A stretch of 64,000 bases of DNA, from positions 425,316 to 489,315 of the forward strand of contig ML992511.1 in assembly GCA_010093995.1 (NCBI GenBank). Direction: 5' to 3'. The position numbers were made by a program, and so were the translations under genes. The notes beneath the pieces are model-generated. The model was not told the DNA's origin and ran no database searches. It was given only the letters and a program-made list of their open reading frames with translations. Numbering within the stretch: the first letter of the stretch is position 1; each line of letters begins with the position of its first letter. The DNA comes from Elsinoe ampelina (taxonomy: Eukaryota). Shown here in pieces: positions 1 to 12,090 of this stretch.

Positions 1-2796
1 TATTCTAGTTAAGGATCTAACTAAGTAAGTTAACCTTACTAGATCTACTAACTACTCTACTACTTTAATAGCTTCTAGTACTACTAGTAGAGTAGTCTAC
101 TATAGTACTAATCGCTATACTAAGTATTAGAGATCTAACCCTAGTAATAATTAGAGTAAGAGTAAGAGTAGTAAGTTTAGTAAGTATATTACTTTACCTA
201 GTTAGCTTAATAAGGCCTATACTTACTATACTTATAGTAACTAATATACTAGATGTTCCTTAGCTAACTATACTCTAACTTTAAGGCCTATTAGCTCTCC
301 TAAACCTATAAGGACTCCGAGTAGCTTAAGGGTTATTACCTAGCCTATTCTATATAGCCTAATATACCTACTAATAGAGCTTCTAAGGTCTATCTCTTTT
401 AGTAGTACTTTACCTTAAAGGTTTTTACTAAGGGCCTATATACTAGAGGTATTATTANNNNNNNNNNCTTAAGGTTATTTAGCCTAAGTAGTTTATAGAT
501 TCTTATAACTAAAGGGTAGTTAATTATAGCTATAGCCTTAATTATAATTACTACTAAATATCTACTCCCTCTAAAGCTATAAAGCCTTAAGTTATTATAC
601 CTATAGGATATATAGCTATTTAATAACTTATATTACCTAGTCTTTATAGACTATATTCTTATTAAATATTACATAGAGTAATATAATAATCTTTCCCTTC
701 TAGGCTTACTAAGTATAATACTAATAGAGTATCTAGATAAGGTAATTAGTTATTAAGTTATTCTATATACTAATATACTAACTAAGTAGTACTCTAGCTT
801 AGAATTTATATAATTTAGAAACATATTAGTTATAGATATAAGCTCTATAGCCAAAGCATCTAATATAAGTTAATAAGACTAGCCTATTATTATTAAGAAG
901 ATTCTTTCTTAGCTCTTATATAGGGATCTTCTTAGTTTTAGTATAGGTAATTCTATTACTAATATAAATTATAAACTCTATAACTATATACTAGAGTTTA
1001 AGAAGTACTCTATAATTAACAAAGATATACCTTATTCTAAGAATAACTACTTTATTAGTAGCCTTAGATTTACTATTTTAGTATTAAGTATTAAGTATAG
1101 AGATATTCTATCTCTACCCTTTAAGATAGATAGCTATTACTAGTTTATAGTTCTTAAATTTACCTACTCTATTAGAGATAAAGATAAATAAAAGCTTATT
1201 ATAGGCTATTTTGTTCCTTATATAGATAAGTTTAATTACTACTAGTATATTACTCTTAAGGAAGAGAATAGTAATAAACTTATACTTNNNNNNNNNNNNN
1301 NNNNNNNNNNNNNNNNNNNNNNNNNNNNNNNNNNNNNNNNNNNNNNNNNNNNNNNNNNNNNNNNNNNNNNNNNNNNNNNNNNNNNNNNNNNNNNNNNNNN
1401 NNNNNNNNNNNNNNNNNNNNNNNNNNNNNNNNNNNNNNNNNNNNNNNNNNNNNNNNNNNNNNNNNNNNNNNNNNNNNNNNNNNNNNNNNNNNNNNNNNNN
1501 NNNNNNNNNNNNNNNNNNNNNNNNNNNNNNNNNNNNNNNNNNNNNNNNNNNNNNNNNNNNNNNNNNNNNNNNNNNNNNNNNNNNNNNNNNNNNNNNNNNN
1601 NNNNNNNNNNNNNNNNNNNNNNNNNNNNNNNNNNNNNNNNNNNNNNNNNNNNNNNNNNNNNNNNNNNNNNNNNNNNNNNNNNNNNNNNNNNNNNNNNNNN
1701 NNNNNNNNNNNNNNNNNNNNNNNNNNNNNNNNNNNNNNNNNNNNNNNNNNNNNNNNNNNNNNNNNNNNNNNNNNNNNNNNNNNNNNNNNNNNNNNNNNNN
1801 NNNNNNNNNNNNNNNNNNNNNNNNNNNNNNNNNNNNNNNNNNNNNNNNNNNNNNNNNNNNNNNNNNNNNNNNNNNNNNNNNNNNNNNNNNNNNNNNNNNN
1901 NNNNNNNNNNNNNNNNNNNNNNNNNNNNNNNNNNNNNNNNNNNNNNNNNNNNNNNNNNNNNNNNNNNNNNNNNNNNNNNNNNNNNNNNNNNNNNNNNNNN
2001 NNNNNNNNNNNNNNNNNNNNNNNNNNNNNNNNNNNNNTATTCTTACTATAGGTTAAGAATAATAATATAGATACTACTACTACTCTATAGACTAGTATAA
2101 TAATATTAATATTAGTGTTAGAGTATTTATCTAATTTACCTACCTTAGTAGGTTCTCTAGATTCTTTAATAGCTACTTAACCTCTAACTTTCCTAGTCTT
2201 TAACTTATTACTTTTACCTTTAGCCTTTATACCTTTATTATTTAACTTATCTTTATTATTCCTTTTACTCTAACTCTTTAGTACTTTCTTAGGGTACTAC
2301 TTAAAGTAATCTATATTAGAGTAGATATAATAAGTATACTAAGTATATTAATCCTTAATATAACTAGCTACTTTATAAATAGGGTTTAGATTAGTTCTTC
2401 TATTATATAGAGGCTTCTACATTCTAAAAGAGTCTATTATCTCTTTAAGACTCTTTTTATAGTTAAGGCTAGATCTCTAGCTCCTTAACTATTTAGTAGT
2501 CTCTATTCCTATAATAAACATAGTCTTAATATAGTATAGAGAAAGCCTAAACTTATCTAGTTTAGCACTAATAGTACTTACTCTTTACTCTATAGTAATA
2601 GTATATTAATAATAGTACTTTATAAAATCTTTATAGTACCTTTAGGTATTATAACTTGTTATAATTACCTTATTAAGGTTATAGATAGCTATATATAGCT
2701 TATATAAAATAACAGGTTTAAATATAGCTTTAATAGTATCTAGAAGTTTCTTTAAAGTCTTCTAAGTTATACTATAGTAAGGTCTAATAGATTTAT

Positions 2797-3007
2797 TATA
2801 ATAGAGTATCTAGATAGGGCAGGTACGATGTCTCTAAGACAGAGGAGCAATAGAGGAGAAGTATACACTATATAAATATAACAACAAATTCCTAACCTCT
2901 CTATAGAAAGTTAGGAACTACTACTATATATACTATATAGAATCGTAGCCGGAACAATATATCTCTAATATCTATCCGCTAGCCGTAAGTTTATAGTTCC
3001 CGTTATA
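2797..3007 (-). repeat. 3' LTR of Gypsy family A
   Basis: Aligns end to end with 10519-10729, differing by transitions. The adjacent pyrimidine tract at 3008-3022 is a minus-strand PPT candidate. Confidence 0.9.
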
Positions 3008-3532
3008 ATTGTCTTCTTCTCTATAGGCCTATCCTTAGGCTAGTCCCTTATTAAAACCCTCTAGTAGTAGGGAAAGAGTAGACTACCTTCGAAGCGTTAT
3101 TACGCCGTATATAGAGGTCTATATATAGGGTCTTAGCATTAGGTAAGGAATATAAAGTGTAGCTCTACTCGACTTTATATATGAATTTACCTTACCTAGT
3201 ATATATAATAACGTTGTTTTCTTGTCTTCTAGCTACTATTGTGCTAGCTATAATAACAATTAGTAAGCTACCTTATTTCTTCTCGTATCCTTCTTCTCTT
3301 AATTAGTATAGAAGCCTTCTATTATTTATAATAATAGGATAATAGGACAATAGGACGCTCTAATATATATACGAGGCTTCTCTCTTATTAGAATATCTCT
3401 TCTCTTTCTTCTAAAAACTCTTTTACTAAAGTATAGCTCTCTACTCTCTACCTTGTATTTTATACTAATATCTTCTAGTATCTCTCTAACGTCTTATTAT
3501 TCTTTCTCTACTGTTAGGAACCTTTTTTTAAT

Positions 3533-4218
3533 ATATCTTCTCTAGTAAGTACTACCTCTAGTAGACCTAACTATAGCTAGATCTAGCGCGAAGGTACTCT
3601 ACTATTGTCTCCTAGTCGTGCTAATATTGTTCTTATTATAGAGAGCTCTTATATTAACTACCTTAAGCTCGCTACTAAATATATAACATTAGACAATACT
3701 AACTTTACTAACGACTCTCGCTACTATAAGGAGTAGAATAATTATACCTCCTACTAGCTCTATAGGCTCTACTATAATAGCTATACCTTTATAGGTCTAA
3801 TGTCTATTCTCCGTTAGAGCGATACTAATACTTCTAGTTCCCTAAGTGCTATAGTAACAAACTTAAAGCTACTAGAGTTACTTATAAGGCTATCTACGTC
3901 CGTCGTTATACTAATAAGGATAAGGAGTTAGACGCTATACTAGCTAATAAGTAGCGCATTTATAACGCCTATACTATAATAGCGAGATATATTGCTACTC
4001 TTAAGGCTAAATATATTTCTACTAAGAAGAAGAGAAAGAGAGGAGAATTCGACTCTAATAATAATTCGCCTACGACCTATAAGAACTTCGCCGCCTTACT
4101 TACTAGTAGCTAAAAGACTAACGAGTTATTAGTAAGGATTATTAGCGCCTAGCCTACTAGGAAGGCTCCTACCTACGCTACTACGCTAGCCCCTAGTAGT
4201 ACTACTAGTAGAGCTTAA
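3533..4218 (+). pseudogene. RIPed antisense accessory gene in Gypsy A: putative two-intron Zn2Cys6-like protein with a basic NLS-like patch
   Basis: Exons 3533-3593, 3642-3790 and 3838-4218 join in frame. Start ATA (from ATG). Intron-like segments 3594-3641 (GT..GCTAAT..TAG) and 3791-3837 ((G>A)TAGGT..CTAAT..TAG). Tyr codons spaced Y-x2-Y ... Y-x2-Y-x6-Y. The last exon has only 3 internal stops in 127 codons and encodes KKKRKR. Confidence 0.5.
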
Positions 4219-7200
4219 GAGATTTAAGGAGTTAGAGTAGTTACTAGTATAGTCTTCGGGTTTCTAGGTATAAGTATAAGTTCCTTAGTCGATACGATAG
4301 CTTAGAGCTATCGGAGATAGATTTTGCCTTTTAGAGTTTATAGAGTTTTTTTTGCTTTCTACTTCTTCTTTTTGCCTAAGTCTCTTATTTTATAGCCCCT
4401 AGTAGAGCTATAGCTCTTAGATCGCTCTTACTCCTTTATTAAGGGCCTATCGTCCCCTTAGGTATTATTATATTATTATATTATTAAGGGTCTATTATTA
4501 AGGTAGGTATTATTAAGAAGAGTATTATTGTTTAGATAATAGAGAAGCGACATATATACGCTATCTTCTCTCTCTTTCTCCTTAATCTCCTTAGACTCCT
4601 TATTCTCTCTATCTACTTAACTTTTACGCTATAATATTAGAATCCTATAGTATTATAACCTACTATGTCCCTACTAATTAGATTAATAACTCTAGCTACG
4701 CTATGTCCTTCGAGTCTCTAGAGATTACTAACGTTATTATAGGGGCAATACGCCGTCTTAGATTTAGTAGAGACTTCTCTAGTAACTATAACTACAACTA
4801 TAGTAAGAGCTCTAAGCTTAAGTTCCTATAGTTCTAGACCTCTTCTAACTATACTACGCTAGTATACTACCGTTAGTATAAGGCTTATATTTGCCGCTAG
4901 ACCGCTATATACCTTAACTATAAGTAGGCCTAGTCCTAACGTATTTATAATAACGACGTAGGTACTTTCCTCTACTACTATCTCTATCGACACTTCTATA
5001 CTAAATATATCTTTATATGTTTTTATTCTATATTGTCGCTATAATAGCTAACCTATAGTAGTATAATATCTCCTATACTTCGCTTATCGAGAGTCTTATT
5101 TCGACCTAGTGTACCTTTAATACTACTATCTATATTTAGGAGTCTAATAAAGATATAATAGAGTTCCTACGTAGCAATCTTATTCTTAAGCTAGCGGAGC
5201 TAGATAAGCCTAAAGATTTAGAGGATAGAGTTAAGATAGACCTCTCGTAATTCGCTAGTATTACGTTAGAGACACGTTGTTAGGCTAATATTATACCTTT
5301 TTATAATATAGACTTACTTTTTTAAATCTTAATCTTGTGCTATTACCTTACCTTTCTCTTTCTCTATAGTGTAAGTTTAAGCTCTTTAAGCCTTATAAGC
5401 CTCTTACTTAATATAGTATTACTTTACTATTATACTTAGAATAAGGCTCTTCTTCTTAAAGTTCTCGATTTTGCTAATAGTATTCTATAGATACTCTATT
5501 AGCTCCTAGCTAGCTTCCTCTTTAGAATAGCCTTTCTAGAGTACCTTATAGTAAGTCTTGCCTCTAATAAGGCCCTTATCGACTACCTCTTTAACCTTGT
5601 ATTCTTCTTCCCCCTTAATCTCTACTAGCGGTAGAGTAACATTATTACCTTATTAATAAGCCTTAAGGAGAGATATATAAAAGGTTAAGTAAATTAATTT
5701 TATATATACTAGGAGGTTAAGTTAGTATACTTAGTAGCCTACTATCTTAGTAATAGTAAATAGACCTATAAACTTCGCTACTAGCTTCTTCTTTAGCTAG
5801 AGGGACTAGAGGTTCTTAGTACTTAGTATAACTTCTTAGCCTTTCTTAAACCTTATTAGCTAGTGCTTCTTATTATAGTACACCTCCTACTACGTAATAG
5901 CGTTAAGCCTATACTACTTAAGTTCTTCTCTTATGTCTTATAAAGCCTTTACTCTTACTTCTACTACTAGTGCTTCTAGTAGTTATAGAGCTACCTCCTT
6001 CTCTACAGCGTTAGCCTTAATATTATTAGAGAGACGTAGGACTATTCCGTAAATATAGTAGAGTAGACTTGCCCCTAGCGATGCGCTATAGGAGCTATTA
6101 TAGGCAAACTCGGCCTAATATAGCTAGTGTAGCTAGTTATCTTAGTAGAAATTAATAAATACCCTTAGGTACTATTTGATTATCTAGTTCTACCTCTCTA
6201 TAGCGCTATTAGTTTAAGAGTAGAACGCTATTAAGAGGCGTCTCTAGACCTTCTATCTCTAGTAGAGAAACGTCTAAAATTTAAACTTAAATAGGGTACC
6301 CCTATTAGTAATCTAGCTTCTTAGGAACCTATAGCGACTAAGGATCTCTCTCTCTATAATATTAGCTAACTCTTAAGCCTCTATATCTTTTCTTACTAGA
6401 ACGTATCTAACGTATTTAGATACTCTATCTACTAGTACTAAAATTGAATTAGTAATAGAGCTCTATTAGTTCTTCGCTAGAGGTAAATTAGTAATAAAGT
6501 CTATTAACTAATACTAGAGTACTTCTCTAATAGAGAGTAATCTTAGAGTCTATATTTTACTATAGGGCTAATGTCGAGGAACCTTTATTCTTTAGTACTT
6601 ATTATAGTAATTTACGTATCTAGTAATGTCTATTGTTATACTCTTCTAATAGTACTTCTACTTTAGTACGAAGAGTGTCTTTTCTATTCTAAGGTAGCCC
6701 GCTATTAGATTATTATAATTCCTATAGAGTATCTCTATAGTTAGCATTTTTATAGCTAGGATAAAGACTTTGTCTTAAAATAGTAAAACGCTATTATTCT
6801 ACTATCTCTAGCTCTCTCTCTTAGTAGTCTCTCTTTCTTTAGAATTACTAAGACGCTTTAGTATTGTCTCTACTATAGTATCTTACTACTATAGCCTCTT
6901 TACTAGGCTAAGTAGCCTTAGTAGTACCTCTTTACATATATTGTCTTCTTTTATAGCTATCGCGTATAGATATCTAGAGCTAGTAAGTTCTCTATAATCT
7001 CTCTATAATCTCTCTACTATAGTTATCTATAGGGAATAGTAAAAGGAACTACTTACCTCTAGGGGAGTAGACCTACTATCTCTACCCTTATAGGGAGCTA
7101 TCTTAGCTTTCGTATCTATATCCGGTATCTCGCCTTAGGCTATAATACTCTCTTAGGTATCTTTAGATCTCCTAGTATACTCTACCTTACTACGCTATCT

Positions 7201-10200
7201 TAGTAAGGAGTCCTCGGTAACTACTAAGTTTATATCTAGTATCTTACCTTATACGTCTTAGATTAACTTAACCTACTTAGCTACTATTATAGCGTTAAGA
7301 AGAAGATATTTCTCTAGCCTCTTATATAAGTCTCTTAGGACCTATAGGTACGAGTCTACCTTAGCTTACTTATCTCTAGTATCTAGGTCTAGCCTCCTTA
7401 ATAGTCTATCGGTAGAATTAAGCTTCTCTAAGTTATAGGTAATCTAGATATTATATTACAATAGCTCTTTACTAACGTAGATCTATCGAGCTAAGAGCGT
7501 CTTAGTTATTAAGAAGTATTTTAGGTTATTATAATCTATAAATATAGTAGTAGTAGAAGGAATAGAGAGGAGATACTACTACTAGTAGCGCGCCGCCTTA
7601 AGGATAGTAAGTAGCTCTTAGTTATACGTAGGCTAGTTTAACTCTACTCCCTATAGTTTCCGTAAATAGTATATAATAGAGTACTATCGGACTACTTTCT
7701 CTCCGCTATTACTAAATAGTTATATAGCAATCCTAGAGATAGTAAATCTAGAGGAGTTAGTATATATCCTTATATTCTTACTTTTATTAAAAAACTATAG
7801 GAGAGAAGTAGTTATAAAGTAGTCTTTAAGATATTAAAACAATTACCTAGCACTATTAGTAAAGTAGAAAGGACCTACCTATTTTCTATTTTTGCTCCCT
7901 ATAAGTAGTTACGTTATAGGTCTTATTATCTCTATATAGCTATTAATAAACCGTTAGTAAAAGTTTATAAATCTAAGAAAGATCTAGAGTTCTTTTAGAG
8001 AAGTAGGTTCTAGCTAGTCTATAATAGCTTAAACTCTCTAGAGCTCTATTAAGATGCCCTTAGAGCCTAGAACATATTCTAGAAACTATACTTCCTTAAC
8101 TTTAAAGGCGTACTTAGAAGCCTTTATAAAAAGAAGATACTTCCTAAGTCGCGCTAGAACTTCTTTAACATACCTACAGTACTACAACAGATCTCGGGAG
8201 TAGATAAGAATATTATCTATATAGACGATATAGTAGTAATTAACTAAGCTATCGAGGTATTAGCTAATATATAACTAGAAGGTAGCGGAAGTATTTATAA
8301 GGCTAAAAGGTATAACTATGTATTTAAAATGTCTATATCTATATTAGAACGCTATCTTCTATTCGTCGCTCTCCTTAATCTAGATATAGTAGTATACGTC
8401 CCTAAGATCTATTTTTAAGTATACCTTAGCCCTCTAGATTCTATTAAGCATCTTAGTAATAAGGGGCAAGGGGTAGTAGTTCTTTACTAAGACGTTATTA
8501 AGACCTTAGTAGTCGACGTAGAGGCGTAGTAACTTATTAGCCTTAGGTATAAAGAGAATAGAAGCCTCTATAGGGCTAGTAGAGTAGTAAATATAGCCTA
8601 GCTTTAAATTCTTAGCTAGGTACTCTCTAAGAGCACTTAGCTCTATCTCTACGAGGGCGTAAATAGGTCCCTATAGGAGTTACTTCCCTTTAATAAGTTC
8701 GATTAAGTAGTTATATAGCGCCGGAGGAGGTATAGTAATAGCTTTCTTATTATTAAATATATCTAAGAAGTTATAGAGCTAGCTTAGAAGTCTACTCTAT
8801 AACGTTAGAGTATTATCTTTATAGATTACATTTAAGAAAACTATATAGTACTATAGCTACTCTAATATTTCCTTAGTAAATTCTTCTACTATTAGGAGTA
8901 TTATATTAACGCTAGTAGAGCAATGTCTCTACCTCTAGCTTTACTAATTAATGTCTAGGTTAATACTAAAGAGCTATATCTAGCCTAGTACTAAGTTATA
9001 TCCCTTTATCTCTACCGACTTAAAGCGCTATTAAATCTCCTTTATAACGCTATAGTAGTTAGTAGCTTCTACTATAAGATAGTAGTATCTATATAAGTAT
9101 ATCTTATACTAGTTAAGGGACTTTACCCTCGTTACACTATTAGTATATAGGTAGACTTCTTTCTCCTTTACGTAATAGTAGTTAATAAAACAAATGTTAG
9201 CTCTTAAATCTATAAGAGACATAGCTACGCGATCGGTAGATAGAGCTCTACCTTCCTAACTAAGGTAAATGTCTGTCCTTAGTCGGCTTAGTAGTAGACC
9301 TTCTTTAGATACTCCTAGCTATATAGAGGCAAGATCTATAGCTAGAGTATCTAGTTTTTTGTCTTATTATAAGGGTAATTAGGGCGAATATAGCTAGGTT
9401 ACTTATACTTATAGTACTTTACCTCTAAGAGGTCGAGGTAATAGAGTATTAGAGTTGTATTAACCCTAGACATAGAGTCTTTAAACCTTCTTTTTTTCTT
9501 ATTTTTATTATTCTAGAATTTCTAGTTACCTCTCTTTAGCTTATCTACGAAGTAGCGAGAGATATACGTTGTCTTAGAGATAGATTAGCTCCTAAATATA
9601 CTCTTAATATAAGTAAAGTAGGAGATAGCCTCGTCTTTACCCCTTAGGGAGTCTTAGAGCGCTATATAGCTCTATTAATATATAGGCTTTACGCCGTTAA
9701 CGAGGCGGCTTATAAACTAAGCCTTATCTATAGTAGTATTACTAATTTCCTTAGCGTACTCTTCGAGGTATTAGGCGAACTTAGCGACCGATTAGTTCGA
9801 CCTCTAAGCGCCGTCGTAGAATAGTTAGGTATATTTTAGAGCTTAGTTACTCTTATCTATAACACGATCTTTAATCTATTCTTAAAAGTAGCTCTAGTTC
9901 TTAGCCTAAGGTCCTATATCGTTAATATAGCTCTTCTATATTATAGCGAGAGATCTATCTAGATAGCTAGCTATAAACTAGGCTCGATTTCTACTAGTAA
10001 GATAGATATACTTATAGACCCTAAAGATAGTATAGTACGATTGAATAAACGCCTTTATATCGGCGAGGTATATATATCTCTTTAGTTTCTCTAGTACCTC
10101 TAGCTTTTATACTTTCTTAAGGTTAATCTAAAGGAAAAGTATCTCTAGAGAGATATCTAAATTAGGGGTTCCTCGAGAGATACTATCTTAGTATAACTAA

Positions 10201-10518
10201 TTATTATTATTAGACTCCTCTTACTATTCCTATATATCGATATAGGTCCTCTTCCGAAGGGGTCCTTTATACTTAATTATAAAAGCCCTCTAGATTTCTA
10301 CGTACTCTCTATTCTAGTAGAGTTAAGCTAGCTCTTCTTAGGTAGTATATAGCTTCTCCTTAGATATATTAGAGAGAATAGGTTCCGATTAGGTAGCTTC
10401 TACTAAGCTAGTAGATATAGTATCTATAGTAGATAATCTATTAGTTCTTTATTAAGCTAACTATATTAAGACTATTAACCTAGACTATCTTAACTATAGT
10501 TTTAGGAGGAATTTAAAT

Positions 10519-10729
10519 TGTAATAGAGTATCTAGATAGGGCAGGTATAATGTCTCTAAGATAGAGAAGCAATAGAGGAGAAGTATATACTATATAAATA
10601 TAATAATAAATTTCTAACCTCTCTATAGGAGGTTAGGAACTACTACTATATATACTATATAGGATTATAGCTAGAATAATATATCTCTAACGTCTATCTA
10701 CTAGCTGTAAGTTTATAGTTCCTATTACA
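10519..10729 (-). repeat. 5' LTR of Gypsy family A
   Basis: TGTAATAGAG...CCTATTACA, 211 bp, followed by TSD TTTAT. Confidence 0.9.
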
Positions 10730-10940
10730 TTTATAAATTCTTATTATAATAATACTATAAGTAATTCTATTATTCTTATACTAGGTCTTATTTCTAACCT
10801 TATAGAGTACCTTAGTACCTTTACTAGTATCTAGGGCTAGTTCTTTAGGCTTTATAACTACTAGTATCTAGTTAATACTATAAATTATATATCTAAGTAT
10901 ATCCTTTTTAAGGAGAGTGTTACGAACTGTCTAAACATAG

Positions 10941-11403
10941 TGTTACGAACCGTCTAAATATAGCCTACACTAGTAGTCTAAGCTAAGCTAAGAACGAGGT
11001 AGTTCTACTTCTATAGTAGTATAGCACTAAGTTAAGAGTCGAAGAAGATATATCTTATAGATAATAAAGTACAATTAGATAGTATTATAAAGGCTAGCCT
11101 TAGTAATACTAGTGTTCGCTATCTAGATAAGGTTAACTATAGTACTTATATAAGGTAAGGACTATTCCTATATATATATATTCTCTATTACGTTCTCTAT
11201 ATACTCTATATACTCTATAGCAAAAGCTAGAGGCAATATAAAGTACACATCTACTAGTAACCTACACACTCTATAGTCTCAAAAGTAGAGCTACTAGAGA
11301 AGATAGAGAACTAGGTAAATGTCGGGCCGAATTACGTAATAACCTTAGTAGTTTAATTAGTCCTAACGTCCCTATACTCTAGCTATCCTACTAGTTTATA
11401 ACA
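10941..11403 (-). repeat. 3' LTR of Gypsy family B
   Basis: TGTTACGAAC...TATAACA; matches 17505-17967 and 61978-62431. Confidence 0.9.
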
Positions 11404-11477
11404 TTACTCTCCTTCTTTAATCGAGTTGTTCTAACGAGTAAGTGTCCTTCCTTATCTTCTTACGCTATATACTAAAT

Positions 11478-12090
11478 ATGCCTCCTAGTTATTAAAGGCA
11501 TAGTAAATCTAGCACATCTATACGAAAGAATCTTTTAGAGTTTATTGAACTATTTAGAACTAATATGCCGTAGGCTTATTCTCGTTACAAATCGAAGAGG
11601 CTAGATTATAAGGTCTATATTTAGTTAGGTATCTATAGCTAGTGTATTATAAGTAACTACTCGAGTTATAACATTTAGGTAACAAAATCGAAATAGTAGT
11701 GTCTCTAGTCTAAGTATATTCGTTTACGAAAGGAATTAGTTATAGTAGAGGCTACTAGAAAGAAAGCTAAAGAGGCTTATAAAAAGGCAAAAGAGGCTTA
11801 TTAAAGAGCTATAGGTAATAAGCTTCGCCTACGCGAAGAGATATAGAAATTAGAGAATAAGGTATAGAAAGTAATTTCTCTAGAGGAGACCTATATTCGA
11901 GTCTTAGAGTAGGAGGAAATACTATCGTTAGTAAATCCCGTCCTTCTATAGAATTAGTAATTATTTATACTTAACTCCGATTAGGGCTCTCGATTTAGTA
12001 ACGATTAAGGTGCTTCTATTAGCTAAGTAACCTTCCTTAGGCATTCTCGTTTTTGTTTAGTATTAGAAGTGCTAGGTCTGTCTAGTTAGT
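11478..12090 (+). pseudogene. RIPed antisense ORF in Gypsy B: Zn2Cys6 binuclear cluster + coiled coil (3' end approximate)
   Basis: Intact ATG at 11478. In-frame codons at 11577/11586/11607/11634/11643/11667 (TAT, TAC, TAT, TAT, TGT, TAT) give C-x2-C-x6-C-x8-C-x2-C-x7-C after TpG>TpA reversal, followed by helical RLRKELVIVEATRKKAKEA...LRLREEI*KLE. The same ORF occurs in the second copy from 62506. Confidence 0.75.

Larger units (their letters stand above)
2797..10729 (-). mobile_element. Full-length RIP-inactivated Ty3/Gypsy chromovirus (family A), ~7.9 kb
   Basis: 211-bp LTRs at 2797-3007 and 10519-10729 (TG..CA; RIPed to TA..TA on the left). Identical 5-bp TSD TTTAT at 2792-2796 and 10730-10734. 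Minus-strand RT (KIDLRD...IPFSL.N...YIDNILIYS, ~8190-8430), integrase core (~6050-6500) and chromodomain (EEEYKVKEVVD...YKVL*KGY..EEAS*EL, ~5460-5620). Confidence 0.92.
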
